Assembly (NCBI GenBank): GCA_027858315.1
Contig: JAQICV010000092.1
Location: 334 to 64,333, forward strand
Direction of reading: 5' to 3'
Source of the DNA: Candidatus Woesearchaeota archaeon
GTDB lineage: Archaea > Nanobdellota > Nanobdellia > Woesearchaeales > UBA583
Length of the DNA stretch: 64,000 nucleotides
Positions 25,013-34,739 of the stretch are shown in pieces. Numbering within the stretch: the first letter of the stretch is position 1; each line of letters begins with the position of its first letter. The notes under the pieces are model-generated. The model was not told where the DNA came from. It ran no database searches and was given only the letters and a program-made list of their open reading frames with translations. Both the position numbers and the translations under genes were made by a program.

Positions 25013-27868
25013 ATGAAATTAGGAAAAGTATTTTTGTGGCTTATTTTAATTGTTCTTTTTGCTGAGTCAGTTTTTTCTTATGGGTATTATGATTCAAAAG
25101 GTGAGTTTATGAATTTTGTTTCTAATCCTACGCCTACTATTGATATTAATGTTAGTTCAGGTAATTTGGAGCTTTATGTTAGAGATGGTTTTTTAGATTT
25201 TAATTCGAATGTTTCAACTTTTGTTATTGATGAGAATTTAGGTGTGTTTAGTGAAGGAATTTATAGTTTTGATGTTGTTGAAGTTATTACTGAGTTTGAT
25301 GATGTGAGCTTTGAATTAGAAGTGATTGATAGAGCTTCTGGGAAAAAAATAGTTCCTGAAGGAGACCCTATTGAGTTTAAAATTGTTTTAGATGAATTAA
25401 CTCCTGAACTTTTATCTTTTGAAGATTTGATTGTTGATTCTGAAAAAGTTGTTTTGGAGTTTTCTGAACCTGTGATGTTTGTTGATGTTTATATTAATGA
25501 GGATTTTTTTATGAGGTATAAAAATTTAGCGAATAATTTAAGGGTTAAGGATGAAAGATTTGTTGAAATCGATTTTCCTTTGAGTGCATTTGCTGGAGAG
25601 GCAAATAGTTTGAAGTTTGTTTTTCAAGATTTTGCTCAGAATTCTGCTGAAGAAGTAAGAGAAGTATATATTGAGTCTGAGCCTCTTAATGTTGAGCTTG
25701 TAACTCTTGCTACTAATGGTGAGCTTGAATATTTTTATAATCCTGCTCCTGAGTTTACTGCTCTTTTTGATGGGAAAATTTATTCTAAGAGTTCAGATTT
25801 TGAGTTGAAAATTAATACTAATAAACCTGCTGTGTGTTATTATTTAGATGGTGTTATTAATGAGAATTTAAGACTTGAAGATGCAATTTCTCCAGATGAA
25901 TTTACTTCTTCTGCAACTGGGTTGTCTCATTCTCTTCAAGTTACTAGTTTGATTGATGAGCTTTGGATTGTATGTCAAAATAAATTTTATGATTCTGAGA
26001 TTGTTTATTTGACTGATGCTTTAGGTATTGCTTCTTCAAGAGTTGTAGGTATTGAAGTTTATAATCAACCTGCAGTTGAGATTACTTATAGTGATCCTAA
26101 AACTTTAGTTACAAGTTTGCCTACAAGTTATATTCTTGAGACAAGTAGTCGAGCAGTTTGTTTTTCTGAGCTTGATTCTTATAGTGAGTTTTTACCTTAT
26201 CTTGAAGGTTTTTTAGTTCATCAAAACTCTGGAGTTGATATTAGTTTAGGGAGTCATAATTTAGATTTTGAATGTTATGATGTTTTAAATAATGTTGCAA
26301 GGGTTTCTAATTCTTTGGATGTTGATACTGATGCTGGAATTAAGGTTGTTGATTTTAATCCTAAATATACAATGGCTTCTAATGTTGAAGTTGATATTTC
26401 TCTTAGTGATGATGATGCAGATTGTAGATATTCTTTGAGCGATCTTGGAAAGAGGGCTTTTGATTCTATGAGTAATATTACACAGAGTGGTAGTAGAAAA
26501 AGTATTTCACTTACTTCTCTTAGTTCAGGAGATAATTTAGTTTATATTTATTGTAGTGATTCAAATCAAATTTATGGTCCTGAAAGATTGAATGTTATTT
26601 ATGATACTAAGGGAATTTCTCTTTCTAATTTTAAGTTTGAGAATGATGGTTATTTGAGTGATTTTTTATCAAGTGGTTCTGAGTTAGGATTTTCAGTTGA
26701 TATTAGTTCTATTATTCCAATTAAAGAGTATATTTTAGTTGTTGATTATGGTAATTATAAAGAGTATAATAGTTTGAATGGTGATGAGGATGAGACTAAT
26801 ATTTCAAGTTTTACTGGGAAAATTAATGGTGAATTTTTAGATGCTGCAAAAGTTATTTTGTATGCAGTTAATATGTTGGAGATTAATAAATCTGTTGAGA
26901 AAGATGTTAAGTTTGATATGACTCCGCCTTTTGTTACTTTTTCTAGTGTTGATGGTGGAAGAGCAATTGTTTGCGCTGATTCTGAGAGTGGATGCTCTAA
27001 AGTTTTTTATGGTTTTTCGCAGACTATTATTGATTGTTCTGCAAATCAACTCTACAATAGTTCTAGTTTGGAGGTTTTAGGTAATAATTATTTGTGTGCT
27101 AATGCATTTAATGGTGTTGGACTTGAAACTTTTGAGGTTGATGATTTGTCAGATTTTAATAGGGATGAAGATGAAGTAGATGAGTATAATGAGACTTTTG
27201 GTGGTGATGAAGAAACTCCAGTTGAAGAAGGTTTGGGAGATGAGGAAAATTTTGAAGAAACTTTTGAAGATCCTTTTGTTAGTTCAAATGATGGTTCAGG
27301 AGATTCAAATACGACAGGTATTGTTTTAGTTGGAGCTTTGGCTCTTATTCTTGTAGGAGTTTCAGGTGGAGGTTATTATGCTTATAAAAAAGGTTATTTG
27401 AATAAGGAACTTGAAAAACTTGGAATTAAGACTAAAGGTTCGACAAGTAATGGGAATGCTGGAGTTGGGGTTGCTTCTAAAAATAAGGATGATAAGTATA
27501 ATTTTACTTCAAAACCTATAAAATCAAAAGATAATGATAAGAATTTGAAGTCAAGCAAATATGATGATCATTTGAATAAATTGAATAAGTTTGTTGATTC
27601 AAAAGTTGGGAATTCTAAAGGTTTGTTTGACAAATTTAATGATTCTTCTAAGGGTAAGCATGAAAAATATGATGACACTTTAGTTAAGAAAAATAAAGGT
27701 GCAAAACTTACTAAAGAGGAGTATGATGAGTTTTATGAGAAGAATTCTTCTAAAGTTGGAGATGGTTCTGCTGTTTCAAAAGCTTCACTTAAAGATGAGG
27801 CTGATTCTTTTGAGAATTATTATAAGGAGAAAAAGGATAAGGAAAAGTCAGATTCTATTAAAAAATGA
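25013..27868 (+). CDS. Large surface protein with C-terminal TM anchor and Lys-rich cytoplasmic tail
   Basis: Signal peptide FLWLILIVLFAESVFS, about 730 aa of beta-rich ectodomain, an acidic linker, TM GIVLVGALALILVGVSGGGYYAY, then a 170-aa K/D/S-rich tail. Confidence 0.65.
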   Translation: MKLGKVFLWLILIVLFAESVFSYGYYDSKGEFMNFVSNPTPTIDINVSSGNLELYVRDGFLDFNSNVSTFVIDENLGVFSEGIYSFDVVEVITEFDDVSFELEVIDRASGKKIVPEGDPIEFKIVLDELTPELLSFEDLIVDSEKVVLEFSEPVMFVDVYINEDFFMRYKNLANNLRVKDERFVEIDFPLSAFAGEANSLKFVFQDFAQNSAEEVREVYIESEPLNVELVTLATNGELEYFYNPAPEFTALFDGKIYSKSSDFELKINTNKPAVCYYLDGVINENLRLEDAISPDEFTSSATGLSHSLQVTSLIDELWIVCQNKFYDSEIVYLTDALGIASSRVVGIEVYNQPAVEITYSDPKTLVTSLPTSYILETSSRAVCFSELDSYSEFLPYLEGFLVHQNSGVDISLGSHNLDFECYDVLNNVARVSNSLDVDTDAGIKVVDFNPKYTMASNVEVDISLSDDDADCRYSLSDLGKRAFDSMSNITQSGSRKSISLTSLSSGDNLVYIYCSDSNQIYGPERLNVIYDTKGISLSNFKFENDGYLSDFLSSGSELGFSVDISSIIPIKEYILVVDYGNYKEYNSLNGDEDETNISSFTGKINGEFLDAAKVILYAVNMLEINKSVEKDVKFDMTPPFVTFSSVDGGRAIVCADSESGCSKVFYGFSQTIIDCSANQLYNSSSLEVLGNNYLCANAFNGVGLETFEVDDLSDFNRDEDEVDEYNETFGGDEETPVEEGLGDEENFEETFEDPFVSSNDGSGDSNTTGIVLVGALALILVGVSGGGYYAYKKGYLNKELEKLGIKTKGSTSNGNAGVGVASKNKDDKYNFTSKPIKSKDNDKNLKSSKYDDHLNKLNKFVDSKVGNSKGLFDKFNDSSKGKHEKYDDTLVKKNKGAKLTKEEYDEFYEKNSSKVGDGSAVSKASLKDEADSFENYYKEKKDKEKSDSIKK

Positions 27869-27916
27869 TTTTTTTAGCACAACATTTTTTAAATAAATAA
27901 AGAGTTATATATACAG

Positions 27917-28639
27917 ATGAAGTTTAAATTTAAAAAAAAAATTAAGAAAGAACCTGAAGATAAGAGTTTTTTAGGTTATTTGAAGAAGTTTTGGAAGTTT
28001 ATGTGGTATGATGATTCTGCGATTTCTTATGTTGTTACTTTGGTTGTTGCATTTTTTTTTATTAAGTTTTTATTTTTGCCAAGTGTTGGTTTTGTTTTGG
28101 GGAATGATTTTCCTGTTGTTGCTATTGTTTCAGGTAGTATGGAGCATAAGATTGTTAGTCATCAAATTTGTGGGGTTTACAAACCTTCTATAACTAATAA
28201 AAATTTAAATTTTGATGATTGGTGGGATATTTGTGGTTATTATTATGTTGAAAATTATGGGATGACTAAGGATGATTTTTCAGAGTTTGAATATAAAAAT
28301 GGACTTAATACTGGTGATGTTATGATAATTTATGGTAAAAGTCCTGAAAATATTGAAGTTGGAGAAGTTTTGGTTTTTATTCCTGGTGATTTGAATTGGT
28401 ATAATTCTCATGGTCCTGTGATTCATAGGGTTGTTGATAAATGGGAAGAAAATGGGGAATATCTTTTCAGAACTAAGGGTGATCATAATTCAGTTTCATC
28501 TGATGCTAATAATTTTGAGAGCGCAATTTCAGAAGATGATGTTATTGGAGTTCCAGTTGCAAGAGTTCCTTTAATTGGTTATGTGAGGATTTGGTTTTCG
28601 GATTTTTTTTTGAATCCGATTATGAATATTATTAGGTAA
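27917..28639 (+). CDS. Signal peptidase I, archaeal/ER (Sec11) type
   Basis: TM, then VAIVSGSMEHKI (catalytic Ser box), GDVMIIYG, GPVIHRVV (catalytic His box), FRTKGDHNSVSSD. Confidence 0.8.
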   Translation: MKFKFKKKIKKEPEDKSFLGYLKKFWKFMWYDDSAISYVVTLVVAFFFIKFLFLPSVGFVLGNDFPVVAIVSGSMEHKIVSHQICGVYKPSITNKNLNFDDWWDICGYYYVENYGMTKDDFSEFEYKNGLNTGDVMIIYGKSPENIEVGEVLVFIPGDLNWYNSHGPVIHRVVDKWEENGEYLFRTKGDHNSVSSDANNFESAISEDDVIGVPVARVPLIGYVRIWFSDFFLNPIMNIIR

Positions 28640-28641
28640 AT

Positions 28642-29964
28642 ATGGATATCGATTTAAGAGGGAGGATTTTGAATAAGATTAAACCTACACCTGAAGAAGA
28701 TTCTTTGAGAAAGAAGTTGGTTGATGAGTTTATTTCGAGTCTTGAGATTAGTTGTAAAAAACTAGGTTTGAAGTGTGATTTTTTTATTGGTGGTAGTTTT
28801 GGAAAAGAGACTTATCTTACTGGAAGCAGTGATGTTGATATTTTTGTTTCTTTTGATTTGAAGTATGATGATTCGAAAATTAGTTCATATTTACAAAAGA
28901 TTTTAGATTTGGCTAATGTTGATTATGTGAAACAAAAAGGTTCTAGGGATTATTATTCTTATATTTTTAAGAATGATAAGACTGAGATTAAATTTGAGCT
29001 TGTTCCTAATAGAAAGATTAAGACTATTTCGGATGTTTTGAATTCTACGGATGTTTCTCCTTTTCATGTTGATTTTTTAAAAAAGTTGTCTCTTAAAAAT
29101 TCTTTACTTTTTGATGAGATAAGACTTGCAAAACAATTTTTTAAGGCAAAAAGATTGTATGGGGCAGAGAGTTATATTAATGGTTTTTCAGGTCATATTG
29201 TTGATATTTTAATTGCTTATTATGGCTCACTTGAGAATTTACTTTTGGATGCTAAGTCTTGGGACGAGATGAAGTTTATTGATATTAATAATTTTTACAA
29301 AGGTTTTGATGATGCTAAGAAGAAACTTGAGAGTGATAAGATTTCAAAGCTTGTTGTTGTTGATCCAATTATTAAAACTAGAAATGCTGCAAGAGCGCTT
29401 AGTGATGAGAATTATTACAAGTTTTTACTTGTTGCACAAAATTTTGATGTTTTAAGAGAGAAGGATTTTGAGGTTATTAAATTTGATTTGGTGAAAGTGA
29501 TATCTGGGGCTAAGAAATATACTAAATTAGGCAATTTGAAGGCTATATTTTATACTATTAATTTTGAAGTTGGTGGGAATAGTGAGGATATTGTAGGGTC
29601 TAAACTTTTGAAGTTGAATAATAAGATTAAAAGTTATTATTTGGCGTATGATTTTGAGGTTTTTAAAAATGAATTTTTTATTGATACTAAGTCTGGTGTT
29701 GCTCTTTTAGTTTTCTTTTTTGAGAAGAAAGAACTTTCCAAATTTAAAAAAATAACTGGACCTTATGTTTATATGAGTGATGCTGTTAGAAATTTCACAA
29801 AGGGTAGAGATATTTATTTTATTGAGGGTTCAAGAATTTATGGATATGATCTTCGAGAGTTTTTAAAACCTGAGACTATTTCTAAAATCAAGATGGAAGA
29901 TGCTAGAGATTTAGTTGGTAGAGATGTTAGTTTTATTAAGGGTATTAAGATTATGAAGTATTAA
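28642..29964 (+). CDS. cca: CCA-adding enzyme (archaeal class I tRNA nucleotidyltransferase)
   Basis: FIGGSFGKETYLTGSSDVDIFVSF nucleotidyltransferase motif. Size (440 aa) and the ...PFHVDF...RLAKQFFKA... region fit archaeal CCA enzymes. Confidence 0.8.
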   Translation: MDIDLRGRILNKIKPTPEEDSLRKKLVDEFISSLEISCKKLGLKCDFFIGGSFGKETYLTGSSDVDIFVSFDLKYDDSKISSYLQKILDLANVDYVKQKGSRDYYSYIFKNDKTEIKFELVPNRKIKTISDVLNSTDVSPFHVDFLKKLSLKNSLLFDEIRLAKQFFKAKRLYGAESYINGFSGHIVDILIAYYGSLENLLLDAKSWDEMKFIDINNFYKGFDDAKKKLESDKISKLVVVDPIIKTRNAARALSDENYYKFLLVAQNFDVLREKDFEVIKFDLVKVISGAKKYTKLGNLKAIFYTINFEVGGNSEDIVGSKLLKLNNKIKSYYLAYDFEVFKNEFFIDTKSGVALLVFFFEKKELSKFKKITGPYVYMSDAVRNFTKGRDIYFIEGSRIYGYDLREFLKPETISKIKMEDARDLVGRDVSFIKGIKIMKY

Positions 29965-29969
29965 TTGTT

Positions 29970-30482
29970 TTGGGAAACTTTTTTATATTACTTCTTGTTT
30001 GTTTTTTTATGAGTAATAATATTTTTATGTATGGGCCTTTTTTTAATTCTGATGGAGAGCGAAAAATTGCAGTAGGTACTGGTATTGATGAAGAATTTTT
30101 TAGAAAGAATATTTGTTTACATAATCAAATTTATGCTGAAGATAGTAATTGTCAATTTAAGGATTTAGAAATTACTTCAATGAAGGATTTTTATGTTGAT
30201 GGTATTGTTGCTGAGAATGTTGAAAGTGTATTTAAAGTAGGTAGTGAAGTTTATAAGAATTGTAAGAGTTTATATTTGTTAAAAAAATATTCGGATTTAG
30301 ATTCTGGTGAGATTGTTGGTTTGTATTCTGGGAATAATCGATCTCATGTTAGTTTTAATATGGTTGATCATTTAATGAAAAATTATCCTTCTGTTATGAG
30401 TGATGAAATTCATCTTGAGAGTTTAGAGACTAAAGTTGATTTTGGTGGTTTGATTGCTCTCTTTAGGGATAAAGAAAAGTAA
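29970..30482 (+). CDS. Hypothetical protein
   Basis: ORF of 170 aa. The TTG start is uncertain; an ATG alternative lies at 30009. Confidence 0.45.
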   Translation: MGNFFILLLVCFFMSNNIFMYGPFFNSDGERKIAVGTGIDEEFFRKNICLHNQIYAEDSNCQFKDLEITSMKDFYVDGIVAENVESVFKVGSEVYKNCKSLYLLKKYSDLDSGEIVGLYSGNNRSHVSFNMVDHLMKNYPSVMSDEIHLESLETKVDFGGLIALFRDKEK

Positions 30483-30488
30483 ATTTAT

Positions 30489-30896
30489 TTATTCTAATCT
30501 TTTTTTGATTAAAATTATTTCTCCTATTGTCCCATAATAGATAAAAGGTCCAGCGATAGATAAATATATTAGAAATGTAATTATATTTGCAACTGAGATA
30601 GGAGGAAGTAATCCAATTTCTAATTCAAATAATATTGTATAACTAATCAATAAAAATATGATTGTCATGAAAATATAATTTATACTATAAAAAATAATAT
30701 TTTCTTTGATAATCATGATTATGCTTAATATTGCAAACAATCCTAGTAATATTAATGGTATGTATGGAACAAGTAATCCGAGAAATAAAGTCAGACTTAC
30801 AATTCCTAAAATGAATGAAATTAGAAGTTTAGCATCTCTTAATTTTGATTCTGGATTATTAATATTAATATTTTGAATAATTTTTTTAAATTCCAT
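30489..30896 (-). CDS. Hypothetical membrane protein (4 TM)
   Basis: Strongly hydrophobic. Its start is 2 nt downstream of the smc stop. Confidence 0.5.
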   Translation of the reverse strand: MEFKKIIQNININNPESKLRDAKLLISFILGIVSLTLFLGLLVPYIPLILLGLFAILSIIMIIKENIIFYSINYIFMTIIFLLISYTILFELEIGLLPPISVANIITFLIYLSIAGPFIYYGTIGEIILIKKRLE

Positions 30897-30897
30897 T

Positions 30898-33800
30898 TTA
30901 TTTTAATTCCACTACTGGAGTAGCGTCTTCATCAAGGTAACCTTTCATATTTCTTAAGTCTAGACTTACTACATCTGAGATTTTGTATTGGTCCATTGTT
31001 ACTCCATATATTGTTTCTGATGATTGAATAAAGTGTTCAGAGTGAGATACTACAATGTACTGAGCATTTGCTGCATAGTTTTTAATTAGTTTTCCTAGTT
31101 TTTCTGCGTTCATTATATCTAGAGCTGCATCTACTTCATCGAAGATGTAGAATGGAGCTGGAGAGAATTCTTGGACTGCAAAAATGAACGCGATTGCTGT
31201 AATTGTTTTTTCTCCACCTGAAAGGGATTTGATGTCAAGATAGTTTTTAGCAGTCATTCTTACTTTAATCTCAACTCCTGAGTTGAATAAATCTGCTTCA
31301 TTTTCCATGTTTAATTCTGCTTCTCCTTTTGTTGAAAGTTCGGCAAATATTTTGATGAAATTTTCTTTTAGTTGGACGAAAGTTTCTAAGAATTTTTCTT
31401 TCTTTTTTGCATCCATTTCCGTAACTAGTTTTAAAATTTCTAATTTTTCTTCAGTTAATGAACTTCTTTTTTCCAGTAATAAATCAAACTCTTCTTTTAG
31501 TTTATCATAAATTTTAACAGCTTTCATATTAATTGATCCAAAACTGTTTAATTTTGTTTTTAGATAATTAACTTTATTTTGAAGTTCTTTGATGTCGATA
31601 TTTCTATTTTGAAGTTTATCGTCAACTGAATTGATTAATTCATCAATTTTATTTTCTCCAGTTTTATTTTCTTGTTCTTCTTCATTGTTTTCGATAAATT
31701 CTACTTTTAATTGTTCGTATAATAATTCTAGTTCATCGTTTAATGTATTTTTTAGTGTTTCGTATTCTGAAATTGCATAGTTTAATTGAGCAAGTCTTTC
31801 TTTTACTTTATCAAATTTAGAATATTCTTTTTCATATTTTTCTTCAATTTTTTTTTTATTTTCTTTTAATAAATCTCTTTTTTCAATGAAGTCTTTGTAA
31901 TCTTTTGATAATTCTTTTTCTTTCTTTTTGAATATTATTAACTCTTCATTTAATTCTTTTAGGATTTGTGTTAAATCGTCTAATTGAGTTTTGATGTTAA
32001 TTATTGCTTCATCACTTTCTTTTAGGATTTTCTCAAGGTTTATAATTTCAGGATTTAATACGCTGTTAATTTGAGTATTGTTTGAATCTATTAGTGAGAA
32101 TATTTCCCTTTGTTTTTCTTTTAGTTTGTCTCTTTTTTCTTCGTATTCAGATATTTTCCCAAATGCTTGTCCACTTTCTGATGAGGATGTTTTGAATTTG
32201 TTTTTCTTTTCTTGCGCGATGCCAAGTTCTTTGTCAATTTCATCGATTTCTCTTGAGATTTTCTTAAGTGAATTCTCTATTACAGTTTTATCTGAAACTA
32301 TGCTTTCAATATCTTTTTTGATTGAGTCTGTATCTTTTCCTTCAATTGATAATAGTTTTTCAAGTTTTGATATATCACCTTCAAGGTCTGCTTTTTCTTG
32401 TCTTAGGTCATAGATTTTTCTTTCAGAGTCTTCTTTGTCTTCTTTTAATAGATCCATAGTTGATTTTAGACCCATAACTTTTGCATCTAGTTCCATTAAT
32501 TTTTCAGTTGATTTATCATCTTTGAATGCTCCTAGTGCTTTGTTTCTTGATCTAAAACCTCCACTCATTGCTCCTGATTTTGCAACAATGTCTCCTGCTA
32601 GAGTTATCATTTTGTAGTCTCCAATTCCTACTCCTTTTGCATCTTCAATTTTTTCAATTACAACTGTGTCTTGGAATACTAGATTAAATATGTTATCATA
32701 TTGTTTGTCGTATTTTATTAGGTTTAATGCGTAGTCAATTACTCCTCTTTTATTTAATACGCTATCATCTAGTCTGAATTTAGTATTAACTTTATTTAGA
32801 GGTAAGAATGTTGCATTTCCTATTTTATTTTCTTTTAGATAATTGATGTATTTTACTGCGGTGTTGTCATTATCAACTACAAGATTGAATAGGTTTTTTC
32901 CAGCTACTGTTTCAAGTGCCATAGAATATTTGTCAGGTACTGTTGCAAGTTCTGCTACTGTTCCATGAATCGAGTTGTCTTTGTGTTTTAGTTTTAATAT
33001 TGTATCAACTGCTTTGTTTGTTGCCATTAAATCTTTTGAACTTTCAACTTTCATTCTTAATTTTGAGTGTTCTTCAACAAGCTCAGAATATTCTTTGTTT
33101 AAATTGTGGAGTTTTGCTGAAGTTTCGGAATTATTTGAGATTGAACTTGATATTTCTATTATTAATTTTTTAAGTTGTTTTCTCTTTTTATCTAAGTCAT
33201 CAAATTGCGCTTTGTTTTCTGTTGAAGATGATTCAATTTTTCTTAAGTCAATTTCAAGATGCTCAATTTTTGTGTTTAATTTTTCAACTTGGATTGCATT
33301 GTCTTGTCTGATTTGATTTTTGTTGTGTTTTTTATCATTTAATTGGTCTATTAATTCATCAACTTCTTCTAAGTCTTTGAAGCTGTCACCTGAAAAATTG
33401 CCTTTCATTTTTGTAATTTCAGTTTCTACTTCACCTAATTCTTTTTGGATAGTTTTTCTTTTTATTTCTAAATCTTTATTTTTTTGTTCAATAATTTTTA
33501 GTTTTTCTTTTGTTTGTTTGATGTTTTCTTTAATGTTTGTAGATTTTGTTTTTATTTCTTCGGATTGTTTTTGAATTTCTGCTTTTTTTTCGGATTGTTT
33601 TTGAATTTCTGCTTCAAGTGAAGTTATTTTGTTTGTTACAGAGATGAAGTCTTGATGTGATTTGATTTCAATTGATTTTTCAAGTTCTTCGATTTTTTTA
33701 TTAATGTCTGCTTCTGTTGTTTCGAATTCTTCAAGTTTGTCTTTATGTTTAGTTAATTCTACTTCTTGAGTTTTGATGTCTGTTTCTTTTTTCTCTTTTA

Positions 33801-34524
33801 GTATATTGTTCCGAATTAGTTTTGCTTTTACTAGGAGTAGATTGTTGAATCTTAAGTCATCTTTTACTTGATGGAATTTTTCTGCTTGTTCTTTTTCTGA
33901 TTTTAGTTCTTTTATGTATTTAGTTTTTTCTTCAAGTAGTAGGTCTGCTTCTTTTAGATTTGTTTCTACTTTGTCAAGTTTCTTTAGAGATTGTTGTCTT
34001 TTTTCTTCATAGTTTGATATACATGCAATTTCCTCTATTAATTCTCTTCTCTCATTTGGGCTCATATTTACAACTCTCATAATATCTCCTTGTAATATAA
34101 TGTTGTATCCGTCTGGGTCAATTGATGCTCTTTTTAGAATTTCTACGATTTCAGTTCTTGTACATTTATTGTTGTTTAAATAATAGTTTGAACTTCCACT
34201 TTTTTTCACAATTCTTGAGATTTTAATTTCATCAAGTTCTACATTTAATAATTCTCTTTCATCGTTTGATAAATAGATTGCAACTTCTGCTTCTTTTGAA
34301 GGCTTAGTAGTTTTACCTCCATTGAAAACTAGGTTCCCTAATTTGTCTGCACGAAGCCCTTTTGAGGACATTCTTCCTAAAACAAAACATAGTGCATCAA
34401 AGACATTGGATTTCCCTGAACCGTTTGCACCAACGATTGTATTGAATCCATCTTCGAAGTTTAGAATAGTAGGATTTGCAAAAGATTTGAACCCTTTTAA
34501 TTTAATACGTTTAATTATACTCAT
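30898..34524 (-). CDS. smc: Chromosome segregation protein SMC
   Basis: N-terminal FKSFANPTILNFEDGFNTIVGANGSGKSNVFDALCFVLG, long coiled coils, a hinge (GVIDYALNLIKYD...GDIVAKSGAMSGG), and C-terminal LSGGEKTITAIAFIFAVQ...FYIFDEVDAALD. Confidence 0.95.
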   Translation of the reverse strand: MSIIKRIKLKGFKSFANPTILNFEDGFNTIVGANGSGKSNVFDALCFVLGRMSSKGLRADKLGNLVFNGGKTTKPSKEAEVAIYLSNDERELLNVELDEIKISRIVKKSGSSNYYLNNNKCTRTEIVEILKRASIDPDGYNIILQGDIMRVVNMSPNERRELIEEIACISNYEEKRQQSLKKLDKVETNLKEADLLLEEKTKYIKELKSEKEQAEKFHQVKDDLRFNNLLLVKAKLIRNNILKEKKETDIKTQEVELTKHKDKLEEFETTEADINKKIEELEKSIEIKSHQDFISVTNKITSLEAEIQKQSEKKAEIQKQSEEIKTKSTNIKENIKQTKEKLKIIEQKNKDLEIKRKTIQKELGEVETEITKMKGNFSGDSFKDLEEVDELIDQLNDKKHNKNQIRQDNAIQVEKLNTKIEHLEIDLRKIESSSTENKAQFDDLDKKRKQLKKLIIEISSSISNNSETSAKLHNLNKEYSELVEEHSKLRMKVESSKDLMATNKAVDTILKLKHKDNSIHGTVAELATVPDKYSMALETVAGKNLFNLVVDNDNTAVKYINYLKENKIGNATFLPLNKVNTKFRLDDSVLNKRGVIDYALNLIKYDKQYDNIFNLVFQDTVVIEKIEDAKGVGIGDYKMITLAGDIVAKSGAMSGGFRSRNKALGAFKDDKSTEKLMELDAKVMGLKSTMDLLKEDKEDSERKIYDLRQEKADLEGDISKLEKLLSIEGKDTDSIKKDIESIVSDKTVIENSLKKISREIDEIDKELGIAQEKKNKFKTSSSESGQAFGKISEYEEKRDKLKEKQREIFSLIDSNNTQINSVLNPEIINLEKILKESDEAIINIKTQLDDLTQILKELNEELIIFKKKEKELSKDYKDFIEKRDLLKENKKKIEEKYEKEYSKFDKVKERLAQLNYAISEYETLKNTLNDELELLYEQLKVEFIENNEEEQENKTGENKIDELINSVDDKLQNRNIDIKELQNKVNYLKTKLNSFGSINMKAVKIYDKLKEEFDLLLEKRSSLTEEKLEILKLVTEMDAKKKEKFLETFVQLKENFIKIFAELSTKGEAELNMENEADLFNSGVEIKVRMTAKNYLDIKSLSGGEKTITAIAFIFAVQEFSPAPFYIFDEVDAALDIMNAEKLGKLIKNYAANAQYIVVSHSEHFIQSSETIYGVTMDQYKISDVVSLDLRNMKGYLDEDATPVVELK

Positions 34525-34697
34525 TATACTATATTTCTCCTAAAATTAGGTTATAAATATTTGTTGTCAAAAAAAGTGGTAGTTGTTGTTTTTTGGTAAT
34601 TTATTGCTTAGTTAGTGATATTTTATTCTTAATTAATTTGAAAAAGAAATAATTCCTATATTTTTTTAAGTTTTCACTCCTTATTGTTTGGACAAAG

Positions 34698-34708
34698 TTT
34701 TAAATATT
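34698..34708 (+). promoter_or_regulatory. TATA box (TTTTAAATATT) of the second DUF2341 gene
   Basis: Matches 3413-3423 at 10/11 positions and lies 42 nt upstream of the ATG. Confidence 0.5.
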
Positions 34709-34716
34709 CTTTTTAT

Positions 34717-34739
34717 AAAGTCGTACTTAGTACGACTTT
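34717..34739. promoter_or_regulatory. Perfect palindrome AAAGTCGTAC-TTA-GTACGACTTT abutting the ATG (candidate operator)
   Basis: 10-bp arms and a 3-nt spacer, ending 1 nt before the start codon at 34740. Same core as 3431-3451, with one extra base pair (G...C) added symmetrically. Confidence 0.7.

Noticed and set aside
31283-34543. Seven plus-strand ORFs within smc
   Set aside because: They are the antisense of Glu/Lys-rich coiled-coil codons, which yields Ser/Phe/Leu-rich pseudo-ORFs. smc itself is unambiguous.
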